The notes under the pieces: model-generated | Databases searched by the model: none | What the model was told of the DNA's origin: nothing | What the model saw: only the letters and a program-made list of their open reading frames with translations | From: a virus | Length of the DNA: 28,168 nt | Strand: one strand, 5' to 3' | Virus record (IMG/VR): IMGVR_UViG_3300027908_000023 | Span: 70,369-98,536 of that record | Translations under genes and position numbers: made by a program | In this document: piece by piece, positions 8,596 through 16,100 of the stretch | Position numbering within the stretch: position 1 is the stretch's first letter | How the letters are laid out: each line of letters opens with the position of its first letter

Positions 8596-9086
8596 TTCCT
8601 CACGAGAATATCGATTAACCTCTCAGCATCGCTGCCTGTCATACCGTTCATGCCGAACGTCTGCACCAGTTGAATTCCGAACTGACCGTATCCCAGGAAG
8701 TCCGGCTCTTCATCTGAGAGATCATCGACCGCCGCATAATGTTTGACTTCAAGATGCTTGTCGAGCCAACGCCGCGCCAGAGCGCCACGATGATATGGCG
8801 GCCGCGACTCTGGATCAAAGTCTAAAATGCCGATGATCGGACTGTAATCGTCGCGGAGCCAAAGCAAGCCATGAGTGCGCAACAAGTATTGGAAGCCACC
8901 CAGCCTCATGCTTTCGCCCAAGACCATGTAACGCCATGCCGAACTGATAACGAGACGGCAATCGGTCTGGCGAATCACATGGTTCAGATGGTCAATGCAA
9001 TGAGCGTCGATGCCGCAGATGCCGGAATCGGCATGCTTGGCATGGTTGTTCAACACACCGTCCACGTCGAGAAATAGCGCTTTCAT
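8592..9086 (-). CDS. HAD-family phosphatase (Swiss-Army-Knife RNA-repair-type HAD domain)
   Basis: LFLDVDGVLN (DxD), VISSAWR, YAAVDD, and the G(L/M)T C-terminal motif. Confidence 0.85.
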   Translation of the reverse strand: MKALFLDVDGVLNNHAKHADSGICGIDAHCIDHLNHVIRQTDCRLVISSAWRYMVLGESMRLGGFQYLLRTHGLLWLRDDYSPIIGILDFDPESRPPYHRGALARRWLDKHLEVKHYAAVDDLSDEEPDFLGYGQFGIQLVQTFGMNGMTGSDAERLIDILVRK

Positions 9087-9298
9087 TCGACCGTCTCCCA
9101 CTCTTCAAGAAACTCCGTGTCGTGCTGAAGTCTCAGCGTGTGCGGCATCTCCTCATAGCTGCCATGCTCGACAAATATATGATGTCCACCGATGTTCCGA
9201 CACTCGATCCAGTGGTGTGGATTCATTTTCGACCACACGACCGGCCGAACGCGATGACCACCACCCTTACATAGATTCAACGCTTCGATGATGTCCAT
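9083..9298 (-). CDS. hypothetical phage protein
   Basis: MDIIEAL...EEWETVE end pattern common in small phage proteins; coupled. Confidence 0.55.
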   Translation of the reverse strand: MDIIEALNLCKGGGHRVRPVVWSKMNPHHWIECRNIGGHHIFVEHGSYEEMPHTLRLQHDTEFLEEWETVE

Positions 9299-9540
9299 TA
9301 TTTCTCCTCCGGCCCATACAGCATCGTCATTCCATCCATCGGATACTCCGGATCAACGCCGCGCCGCGCTAGGCCGAGCTTCTTGATCGCTGCATCGCAG
9401 CCAAGTTGACAGGGCGAGAAATCGTAGTTGCCAGTCATCTCCCAGACCTTATTGGCAAACTTTTGTTTGTCGATTGGCCCATCCTTGGCCAATAAGGTAA
9501 AAATGGTGTTGAACAGTTGGGCGCTAGTTCGGTCAGCCAT
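9298..9540 (-). CDS. hypothetical protein
   Basis: AGGAG RBS; TAATG coupling. Confidence 0.6.
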   Translation of the reverse strand: MADRTSAQLFNTIFTLLAKDGPIDKQKFANKVWEMTGNYDFSPCQLGCDAAIKKLGLARRGVDPEYPMDGMTMLYGPEEK

Positions 9541-9550
9541 TCGTTTTCTC

Positions 9551-9922
9551 CTATAGCAGAGATTCTCCGCGCTTCAGTTTCTCGATCCATTCAAGAACCT
9601 GACGCAATGCATCCCTGCCTTCGTTAGCATCACGCCACTTCGTAAAGTCAAGTTCGCCGTAGATGCAGCGCTCCAACTCAAGTAGAAGGCTGATGCCGAG
9701 TCGCTTTTCCTCGATGGCCTGGCGAGCGTAGACAGCGGCATCCAGAATCTCCTGGTACAGGTCAATCAGGGCATCCCGGCCGTTGTTGACCTGAAGTGGC
9801 GTGCCATACTTGTCAATGCCGTGCTGGCGTCGATCCTCCATGTCCTTCAAGACCAGCAACCAAACATCACCGGTCATCTTCTTCGGGTCCGGCTGGTCGC
9901 TGATCAGACTGTTCGTCGCCAT
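9551..9922 (-). CDS. conserved all-alpha phage protein (possibly MazG-like)
   Basis: RRQHGIDKYGTPL...DLYQEILDAAVY pattern; the activity is an inference. Confidence 0.55.
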   Translation of the reverse strand: MATNSLISDQPDPKKMTGDVWLLVLKDMEDRRQHGIDKYGTPLQVNNGRDALIDLYQEILDAAVYARQAIEEKRLGISLLLELERCIYGELDFTKWRDANEGRDALRQVLEWIEKLKRGESLL

Positions 9923-10217
9923 TGCCTTGCTCCTTCCTCTTGGGTTCATCGGTTACGAGAATCAACCTGGCGATCTCCACATCCCGCTGCGTCACCAGAT
10001 CCTTGATCATCGGCGCGAACCGCTCACAGATTTCGCGAACCGCCGGCCGCTCGTCACACTTTTTACAGACATCGGGAGCCACCATGCAGCCAGGGATGAT
10101 ACCGCGACAGGTCAAGCAGTATTCCTTGCCGCAAGCAATGCACACCAGCAAGTAGCGCTCCAGGCGATGACAGACATCGCAGTAGGTTTCCTCGTGGGCG
10201 GGGATGGTCTTTCTCAT
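9867..10217 (-). CDS. Zn-finger hypothetical protein
   Basis: CDVC, CIAC, CLTC and CKKC motifs. Confidence 0.6.
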   Translation of the reverse strand: MRKTIPAHEETYCDVCHRLERYLLVCIACGKEYCLTCRGIIPGCMVAPDVCKKCDERPAVREICERFAPMIKDLVTQRDVEIARLILVTDEPKRKEQGNGDEQSDQRPAGPEEDDR

Positions 10218-10483
10218 GGCAGCTTCTCCGCAACCTTACAGCCTTCCCGTGTCAACGAGTACATCTTTCGCGCCCAATCGACCTTACAAACAACGTGCCC
10301 GTCCACCCAGCCCTTGGCTTCCAACGACCGCAACACCGCCGAGCCAGCCAGGCAGAGATTGCTCGACTGGCCACCACTCTTGTTCAACAGGCCGGCGCTC
10401 AACAAGTGCTGGCCGGCGTCGTTGGTGGAGACGGCCGGGCGCTTGAGGAGCAAGCGGATGATCGATTCTTGGCGTGGTGTCAT
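10214..10483 (-). CDS. winged-helix-like protein
   Basis: MTPRQESII...LRSLEAKGWV...YSLTREG (MarR/PadR-like wing). Confidence 0.55.
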   Translation of the reverse strand: MTPRQESIIRLLLKRPAVSTNDAGQHLLSAGLLNKSGGQSSNLCLAGSAVLRSLEAKGWVDGHVVCKVDWARKMYSLTREGCKVAEKLP

Positions 10484-10890
10484 GATTGCTCCAGTTGTTT
10501 CGCCTTCGCCGCATCCAGATAAGCGGCGGCACGATCAAGCAGTTCCGGATTGTCATTGAACTTGCCGATGCCAATATTGCAGTTTCCGCAAAGAATGCCG
10601 CGAACCTTGCCGGTTTTGTGACAATGATCCACATGGGAATGTTTGGTTCTCTTATCGCCAAGTTGCTTCTTGCGACAGATAGCGCACAACCCGCCCTGCG
10701 CGGCGACCATTCGGCGGTAATCCTCAAGCGTCATGCCATAGGCACGAAGGTCCCTGTTCTGGCGACTCTCGGGATGCCGCCTGCTGCTGCGTTTGACTCC
10801 TTCAATGATTTTCTTTCGGTATTCGGGATCGTTCTTGTATTTCTCGCGACGATTGGCGTTCCACGCCGCCGTCCATTCAGGAGTTCTCAT
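10480..10890 (-). CDS. endonuclease VII domain protein
   Basis: YGMTLEDY...QGGLCAIC...HVDHCHKTGKVRGILCGNCNIGIG. Confidence 0.92.
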   Translation of the reverse strand: MRTPEWTAAWNANRREKYKNDPEYRKKIIEGVKRSSRRHPESRQNRDLRAYGMTLEDYRRMVAAQGGLCAICRKKQLGDKRTKHSHVDHCHKTGKVRGILCGNCNIGIGKFNDNPELLDRAAAYLDAAKAKQLEQS

Positions 10891-10911
10891 TGCGCAATCC
10901 TCAGAAGGATG

Positions 10912-11418
10912 TCATCCAGCCTGTTGACTCGCTTCTTCTTGAAAGAGGCGAAGGTATGCAACCGCCATCTTGATCACTTCCGAATCATCCTTGAAATTGC
11001 CGATGCCTTGATTGCAGTTCGTACAAAGCAGCCCTCGCACCAGATTTGTCTCATGGCAATGGTCAACGGCAAGCCTCTTCTTGGTATTATCGGCACCACC
11101 TTCTCGCCCGCAAATGGCACACTTGCCGTCCTGCTCAGCAACCATCCGGTCATAATCCTCAAGGGTCATGCCGTATTTTCTTAACACCTGGCGCAATCGA
11201 GTTCGTGGATGCCTTCTGGCAGAATCGCGAGCCTGATCCTTGACAGTTTTTCCGAGCCCGACCGCCTCGAACAAGCCAGCGCGACCCTTGCGGATGGCCC
11301 ATTCCGTCAGGAATGCCTGGAAGGGCTTGAACTTTTCGCAGAGCGCCAGCGGCGCGAAGCCATCCATGCCACCAATCTGGCTCTTGCGCTGGAGGAATTC
11401 GGCGTAGGTTGTGCTCAC
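10912..11418 (-). CDS. chimera: SF2 helicase N-terminal fragment (to Walker A) fused to an endonuclease VII domain
   Basis: YAEFLQRKSQ...PFQAFLTEWAIRKGRAGLFEAVGLGKT, then directly KYGMTLEDY...CAIC...VDHCHETNLVRGLLCTNCN. Confidence 0.8.
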   Translation of the reverse strand: MSTTYAEFLQRKSQIGGMDGFAPLALCEKFKPFQAFLTEWAIRKGRAGLFEAVGLGKTVKDQARDSARRHPRTRLRQVLRKYGMTLEDYDRMVAEQDGKCAICGREGGADNTKKRLAVDHCHETNLVRGLLCTNCNQGIGNFKDDSEVIKMAVAYLRLFQEEASQQAG

Positions 11419-11549
11419 TTCTTCGCCTCCTTGCGCGCAGCATCAATAGCGCGGCGAATCAACTCCGCAATACTCAATCCGGTCTTCTTGGATTGCTCCT
11501 GAAGCCAGATGATCTGCTGCTCAGTCAAGTGGTAGTTGACTCTCTTCAT
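11415..11549 (-). CDS. ribbon-helix-helix (CopG-like) regulator, 44 aa
   Basis: Hand translation MKRVNYHLTEQQIIWLQEQSKKTGLSIAELIRRAIDAARKEAKK*; GTGA overlap with the next gene; below the ORF-track cutoff. Confidence 0.85.
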   Translation of the reverse strand: MKRVNYHLTEQQIIWLQEQSKKTGLSIAELIRRAIDAARKEAKK

Positions 11550-11585
11550 GTCTGTAGTCTATACAGACCGGTGGTCGGCCGTCAA
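11550..11585 (-). promoter_or_regulatory. leaderless-type promoter with an overlapping palindromic operator
   Basis: TTGACG (11585-11580), 18 nt, TAGACT (11561-11556), 6 nt to ATG; inverted repeat GTCTGTA-N5-TACAGAC at 11550-11568 covers the -10. Confidence 0.65.
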
Positions 11586-11604
11586 GCCAAGAATCCGAAA
11601 ATTC

Positions 11605-12408
11605 TCACCCATTCTGCCAGACGCACTCAATCTTGCGTTTCTTGACCTCTGCCCCGGAGGCATTATTGGGCAGATCAAACTCCGTCAGTTTCCACCCATG
11701 CCTCTCATGGAGAACATCGTAGATCGCGTGGTGATACATGCTGACCAGCGCCTTGCCTTTGATGGTCAGCAGCAGATCGATCAACTCTTGATGCTCTTCA
11801 TCGGTCATCTCATGTTCATACTCACCCGTTGAGGCGCGGGTATCGTGGATGTATGGCGCGTCGATGTAGAACAGCGTATTCTCCCCATCCTGTTGCCGGA
11901 TCACGTCCAGAGCTGGCCGGTTGAGGATCACCACGCGCTTGAGCCGGGCATGCACGGCCGGAAGTCCTTCGATGCAGGTCAGCCAGGCGCTGGCCTGTTC
12001 GTTCATCCCTCGCCTTGTGCGGTTGCGTGACAGCGTGGCGAAGTCCTTCATCCGACCGGCAAGCGATTGACGGCAGTGGATGAAGAAGGCCACGGCATGG
12101 CTCACGTCGATCTCATCAAGGAGTAGACTCCGGTTCGACTTCTTCCACTCCCATTCGGAGAAGGGCACGGCGTCGATCCGGCGCTTGAAGAGATCGAATG
12201 CCTTGTCGTCCTGGAGGACACGCCAAAAGTTGGTCAGGCCGACGTGGATGTCCCCGACAACTTCTGAGTAGCCTTCCGGCTCAGAAGCCAGGGTGAAACT
12301 TAACCCGCCGGCGTAGGGCTCGACCCTATGGATATGCGGAATCTTACTGGCGATCTCCCACAAGCGAGAGGCCAGGTATGCCTTGCCGCCGAAACCACCT
12401 AATGCCAC
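11605..12408 (-). CDS. DNA adenine methyltransferase (Dam/D12 class), 5' end apparently disrupted
   Basis: GGKAYLA, VEPYAGG (motif I), FYIDAPY (motif IV, DPPY variant); the usual PLKWH segment lies upstream out of frame. Confidence 0.85.
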   Translation of the reverse strand: MALGGFGGKAYLASRLWEIASKIPHIHRVEPYAGGLSFTLASEPEGYSEVVGDIHVGLTNFWRVLQDDKAFDLFKRRIDAVPFSEWEWKKSNRSLLLDEIDVSHAVAFFIHCRQSLAGRMKDFATLSRNRTRRGMNEQASAWLTCIEGLPAVHARLKRVVILNRPALDVIRQQDGENTLFYIDAPYIHDTRASTGEYEHEMTDEEHQELIDLLLTIKGKALVSMYHHAIYDVLHERHGWKLTEFDLPNNASGAEVKKRKIECVWQNG

Positions 12409-12459
12409 TTCAGCGGAAGTGTAAGATCCCGCGAAGTGGCATTAGCTCCTTTCTCTTTA

Positions 12460-12696
12460 TCAGACATGCTTGACTTCTCCTATTGAGTTCATCGCCCGCT
12501 CAATTTTCTCCACCACCGCTGCCGGCAGTGCATTCCTCCTGCGCTCTGGATCGCTGATCGCCTCGTAGACACTCAGGATGTTGGTAGCACAGGAAGGACA
12601 CCAGCACTGCCATGCGTACACCGAACTGTAGCTACACTCTGACCGTTCCACCAGAGCACGGATGAGCGGATCGTCCTCGGAGCGATAATCGCTCAT
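12460..12696 (-). CDS. hypothetical protein
   Basis: ATGA coupling; CWCPSC. Confidence 0.55.
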   Translation of the reverse strand: MSDYRSEDDPLIRALVERSECSYSSVYAWQCWCPSCATNILSVYEAISDPERRRNALPAAVVEKIERAMNSIGEVKHV

Positions 12697-13073
12697 GAGA
12701 CGCCCCCCGTTTCCTCAACCTCAACCACGGTCAACAGCGCCGCCAGGCACATATGTTCTGGCTCCATGTCCAGACTGGTGATGATCCCCTTCCGCTTGGG
12801 TTGTCCTGGCAATATACCGGCAATGCAACTCTGGAGTTTCCTGTTATAGCTATCTCGCAACTCGCTGTCCAGAGCGAACAGTTTGTGAACCTCCCAGGCA
12901 TGCGGGACGTGGTTCACCGGGTCGTAGGTGCCGGCGTTGAACATGGGGAAGTTATCTTCGTTGAGCCAGAAGCCGTCCTCAAGGTGCCAGTTCATGACCA
13001 TCTCGGCGATGAGCGTGGCACGGTCGGCAGCGCTCATGTGTTGCCAGGCGGCGATCAGTTCTTCGCGGGTCAT
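12693..13073 (-). CDS. phage ABA-sandwich-like domain protein
   Basis: LIAEMVMNW...YDPVNHVPHAWEV...PEHMCLAALL pattern. Confidence 0.55.
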   Translation of the reverse strand: MTREELIAAWQHMSAADRATLIAEMVMNWHLEDGFWLNEDNFPMFNAGTYDPVNHVPHAWEVHKLFALDSELRDSYNRKLQSCIAGILPGQPKRKGIITSLDMEPEHMCLAALLTVVEVEETGGVS

Positions 13074-13255
13074 CGTCGGCCCTCCTTGGCCTCCAGGATT
13101 TCGACTCGCTTCTTGAGTTCATCGCACTGCTCTTTGGTGTGCTGGTAGTCTCTGGCGAATTTGTCAAGGCCGGCTGCGAACGCCACAAAAAACATAATGA
13201 AAGTAAAAAACACAGCAACGCAGCCTGCATCCTTTTTGTCATCTTCGTATGACAT
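13070..13255 (-). CDS. small membrane protein with coiled coil
   Basis: Hydrophobic CVAVFFTFIMFFVAFAAGL segment; AGGAG RBS. Confidence 0.6.
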   Translation of the reverse strand: MSYEDDKKDAGCVAVFFTFIMFFVAFAAGLDKFARDYQHTKEQCDELKKRVEILEAKEGRR

Positions 13256-13265
13256 CGTTGGCTCC

Positions 13266-13538
13266 TCATGCTGCCTTAGCTTCCACGCTCTCCACCAGCG
13301 ACCCCGCCAGTTCGGCCAACTCTGCGTAGTTGTAGCCTGACTGGATGCTGCACGTCAGAGCCTTCAGCGGCACACCACAGTAGATCAGCAGCGCGCCACG
13401 CTGACGGGCATTGGACGGCATGGTGAACATTCTCCTGGCAACCTCTTCCACGGAAGAAGACGTTTGCCAGGTACGAATGAAGTTCCGCACGTTGTCGAGA
13501 TCGTGCTGAGTACAACAAACCTTGGTGCTTCTTGGCAT
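13266..13538 (-). CDS. HTH-like hypothetical protein
   Basis: FIRTWQTSSSVEEVARRM...GVPLK. Confidence 0.55.
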   Translation of the reverse strand: MPRSTKVCCTQHDLDNVRNFIRTWQTSSSVEEVARRMFTMPSNARQRGALLIYCGVPLKALTCSIQSGYNYAELAELAGSLVESVEAKAA

Positions 13539-13649
13539 AGCTAGGATTCCTTTCCGTTTGTGACCATCGCCGCCAAAGCTTCGCGCGGCGTATTGTGGTA
13601 AGATCCATCACCGTCCTTGAGCGTCCAGCACGGGAAGCCAGGCTCGCGA

Positions 13650-15032
13650 TCAACGTGAACGATGCCGAACTGCCGGAGCGCTATACGCTCCATGCGCTCC
13701 GCTTGCAAGTGCAACTCGCGTGAGGTTGCCTCCAGACGAGCCACCTGATCCATCATGGGGTAGTGTCCTAACAATGCGTTGCCGGGTAGTGTCCTTACAT
13801 CGCGTTGGCGACTTCGGACTTCCTGTTTCATCGGATCGGCTTACCTCCCCGGACGTATGCCCGGTTCGACAGAGGCCGATTCCTCCACAGTTCGCGCCGA
13901 CCACTCTCAGCGCGCGAGCGTGAATCACCATACCGGAGGCTCTATCTCTCTCACAGCAGAGCCCACAGGGACAATTATGGAGACGCTCATTGAGACTCTT
14001 GTACTTTCTTGCACCACAAGCCGGGCAGTCCTGGCTTGTGTATCTCGCGTTCACTCCGATCGCATGACGGCCAGCGTTTGCAGCTTTGCTCGTCAGCAGC
14101 CGGAGGAACGATCCCCAGGCGGCATCGTGGATGGACTTGGCGAGAGGCGATCTGCACATGCCGCGAATGTTGAGATTCTCGAAGCCGATCAGATTGTACT
14201 GATTCACCAAACGACGCGCGGTCTGATGGGCGAAATCTCTACGCTGAGCCTGAATGCGCTCGTAATGCCTGGCAAGACGCCTGACCGCCTTGCGGCGGTT
14301 CCGAGAGCCTTTCTGCTTGCGGGATACCTGTTTGTGCAGGTGTTTGAGCTTCCGCTCAGACTTGCGATAGAACCTGGGATTCTCAATCTTGTCGCCGTTT
14401 GCCAGGACGGCGAAGGTCGTCAGGCCAACATCAAGGCCAGTGCTGGTCTGGAGAGACTCAACAGGGATTTTCTCCGGGATCTGGATGCCAGTATCGATGA
14501 CGACCTGAGCATACCAGCCGGAGGCACGATGGATAACGCGAAGCAACAACTGCTTGGCAATCGGTCCGGTGTCGAACATGCCGCGAGCCGTGACTTCGCC
14601 AAGAACCGGAATACGGATCGCGCCATCATGGATGTAGTTGCCGTGATGAAGATACTCCATCGACCGATAGCGATGATGGGCGCGGAACCTCGGATAACCC
14701 GGTTTCTCGCCAGCCTTGAGGCGACGGAAGAAGGCATCCATGCCTCGATCCAGACGGCGCAGCGAGTCGCGCAGGAAGACGACCGGAACCGGAGTCAGCA
14801 TCGGAATATGGGCACGCCAATCCTTCAGAATTTCGCACTGCCGAACAAAGCCGATGGATTCCTTCCTGCGCTTGTAGGCTTTTGTCCTCATCTCCAGCAT
14901 CTGATTGTAGGTCCAGCAACACGCGCCAAGCCAGGATTCAAGAGTATCTTCCTCTGTCTTGGACAGATAGAGCTTAAATTCCAGTGTCTTCTGGATCGTC
15001 CGGAGACCAGAGGCTTTCTTCTTTCTGTACAT
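13650..15032 (-). CDS. tnpB: RNA-guided endonuclease TnpB; the ORF reads out through the TIR
   Basis: KTLEFKLY, GYPRFR, RuvC-I GLDVGL, RuvC-II IGFENLNIRGM, DAAWGSF, Zn finger CPAC/CPC, RuvC-III ERDRAS; no in-frame stop inside the element. Confidence 0.93.
   Translation of the reverse strand: MYRKKKASGLRTIQKTLEFKLYLSKTEEDTLESWLGACCWTYNQMLEMRTKAYKRRKESIGFVRQCEILKDWRAHIPMLTPVPVVFLRDSLRRLDRGMDAFFRRLKAGEKPGYPRFRAHHRYRSMEYLHHGNYIHDGAIRIPVLGEVTARGMFDTGPIAKQLLLRVIHRASGWYAQVVIDTGIQIPEKIPVESLQTSTGLDVGLTTFAVLANGDKIENPRFYRKSERKLKHLHKQVSRKQKGSRNRRKAVRRLARHYERIQAQRRDFAHQTARRLVNQYNLIGFENLNIRGMCRSPLAKSIHDAAWGSFLRLLTSKAANAGRHAIGVNARYTSQDCPACGARKYKSLNERLHNCPCGLCCERDRASGMVIHARALRVVGANCGGIGLCRTGHTSGEVSRSDETGSPKSPTRCKDTTRQRIVRTLPHDGSGGSSGGNLTRVALASGAHGAYSAPAVRHRSR
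13785..13900 (-). ncRNA. putative omegaRNA scaffold overlapping the tnpB 3' end
   Basis: CTGTGGAG...GATGAAACAGGAAG motifs of the kind I recognise at tnpB 3' ends, then hairpin GTCC-GAA-GTCGC-CAAC-GCGAT-GTAA-GGAC; boundaries approximate. Confidence 0.55.
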
Positions 15033-15039
15033 GGACGGA

Positions 15040-15068
15040 AGTTTACCAGATGGGCGGAATGGTGTCAA
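15040..15068 (-). promoter_or_regulatory. sigma70 promoter inside the element, probably leaderless tnpB mRNA
   Basis: TTGACA (15068-15063), 17 nt ending TGG, TAAACT (15045-15040); 7 nt to ATG at 15032. Confidence 0.7.
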
Positions 15069-15182
15069 GGGCGGTTGGGAGAAAAAATCAACGCGATGTT
15101 AGGACACTACCCATCATGGCATCGAACAGGTTCAAAACACCGAGAGGCGTCAAGAGGATTTTCCCTTCCGTCTTCATTGCCA

Positions 15183-15725
15183 TCAATGCCCCTCCTTCTT
15201 GGCAATCCGCTGTATCCACAGCAACAACACTTCCAGATAGTTCAAGAAGCACAGATCCACCAGCAGCGACACTTCGCAGAAGCCGTCTTCCAGTTGATCG
15301 GTGAAGCGCTCTCGTGCTCGCTCCTCCAACCTGTCAATCCTCTTGAGCATGCCGGTCTGATGCACCAGATGACCTGGCAGCGGGTCATCGGGGTACAGAT
15401 CACCCAACGTGAGCCAGATATTGCTGATCCGCCGAACCAGTTTGAGCGACAGTTTCGAGAGTCGAACGACCGGCACTGCTCCGGGTGGTGGTGGCTCATC
15501 CTTATCAAGAGAGATTTCGTGCTCGACACAGTGGATGATCTGAGCTTCTGAGGACGACTCATCAGCATCGGGCGGACGCTGGAGCAGCAATCCTTCCAAC
15601 CTCTCTGCGATGGCGAGCGTCTTGCCTTCACGCACCAGCGCGGCCGAGGCACCGACCGCGCGAGCGATGCGGTTCAGCGTCGCGCGATAGTCCTTCAGGA
15701 GCGTGGCGTCATCGGGTGGTGGCAA
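15183..15725 (-). CDS. hypothetical protein
   Basis: Fills the operon; TTG start after GGAGG; TGATG coupling. Confidence 0.55.
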   Translation of the reverse strand: MPPPDDATLLKDYRATLNRIARAVGASAALVREGKTLAIAERLEGLLLQRPPDADESSSEAQIIHCVEHEISLDKDEPPPPGAVPVVRLSKLSLKLVRRISNIWLTLGDLYPDDPLPGHLVHQTGMLKRIDRLEERARERFTDQLEDGFCEVSLLVDLCFLNYLEVLLLWIQRIAKKEGH

Positions 15726-15727
15726 AA

Positions 15728-16084
15728 CTAATCCTCCAGAGTATGCTTAACTTTCTTCTCTGTGACCACGCCATCGTTAACCGAATAGCCTGAGAATGAG
15801 TCACCACGTTCCCAGGTTAGAAGAATCTCGGCTGAGCCCGTGGTATGACGGAGAATCTCTTCGAGGTTTTCCGTATCGCGTGAGTTGCAGCCACACCACC
15901 AGAGATGCTTGATGACCGATACGGTTCCAGATTCATCTGCTTCGCAATCGGCAAAGTCTTCCAGGAGGTTACACTCGGCAAGTTTATTCTCCTTCCGCAT
16001 CTTGCGGTAGAGTCGGCCGGCAATGGCTCGGTCGATGGAGAGTTTGCCATTGAGGTATCCACAACTGCTGACATTGTAACCCAT
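15728..16084 (-). CDS. hypothetical protein
   Basis: GAGGAGG RBS; fits the operon. Confidence 0.6.
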   Translation of the reverse strand: MGYNVSSCGYLNGKLSIDRAIAGRLYRKMRKENKLAECNLLEDFADCEADESGTVSVIKHLWWCGCNSRDTENLEEILRHTTGSAEILLTWERGDSFSGYSVNDGVVTEKKVKHTLED

Positions 16085-16100
16085 CGTCAATCCTCCTCAT

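Larger units (their letters stand above)
13759..15111 (-). mobile_element. non-autonomous TIR transposon carrying only tnpB; 8-bp TSD CATCATGG
   Basis: TIR GGTAGTGTCCTAACAATGCGTTG (13759-13781), inner tandem copy GGTAGTGTCCTTACATCGCGTTG (13785-13807), inverted copy CAACGCGATGTTAGGACACTACC (15089-15111); direct repeat CATCATGG at 13751-13758 and 15112-15119. Confidence 0.9.
13541..15183 (-). pseudogene. 93-aa phage gene split by the TIR-tnpB insertion (5' part 15112-15183, 3' part 13541-13750)
   Basis: Removing 13759-15111 plus one CATCATGG copy gives MAMKTEGKILLTPLGVLNLFDAMM|DQVARLEATSRE...NGKES* in frame, with AAGGAGG RBS and TGATG coupling. Confidence 0.85.

Noticed and set aside
3885-15032. 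Either TnpB as the Cas12f-like effector of the arrays (the repeat 3' end GAAGGTTGCAAC loosely recalls Cas12f repeats)
   Set aside because: Both lie in their own mobile elements with omegaRNA-type ends, over 5 kb from the nearest repeat, and I saw no anti-repeat near them. The CRISPR subtype cannot be assigned from this window.
13779-15551. 590-aa plus-strand ORF as a possible transposase for the TIR element
   Set aside because: It is the antisense shadow of tnpB, crosses the element boundary, and shows no DDE or IS1 motifs.
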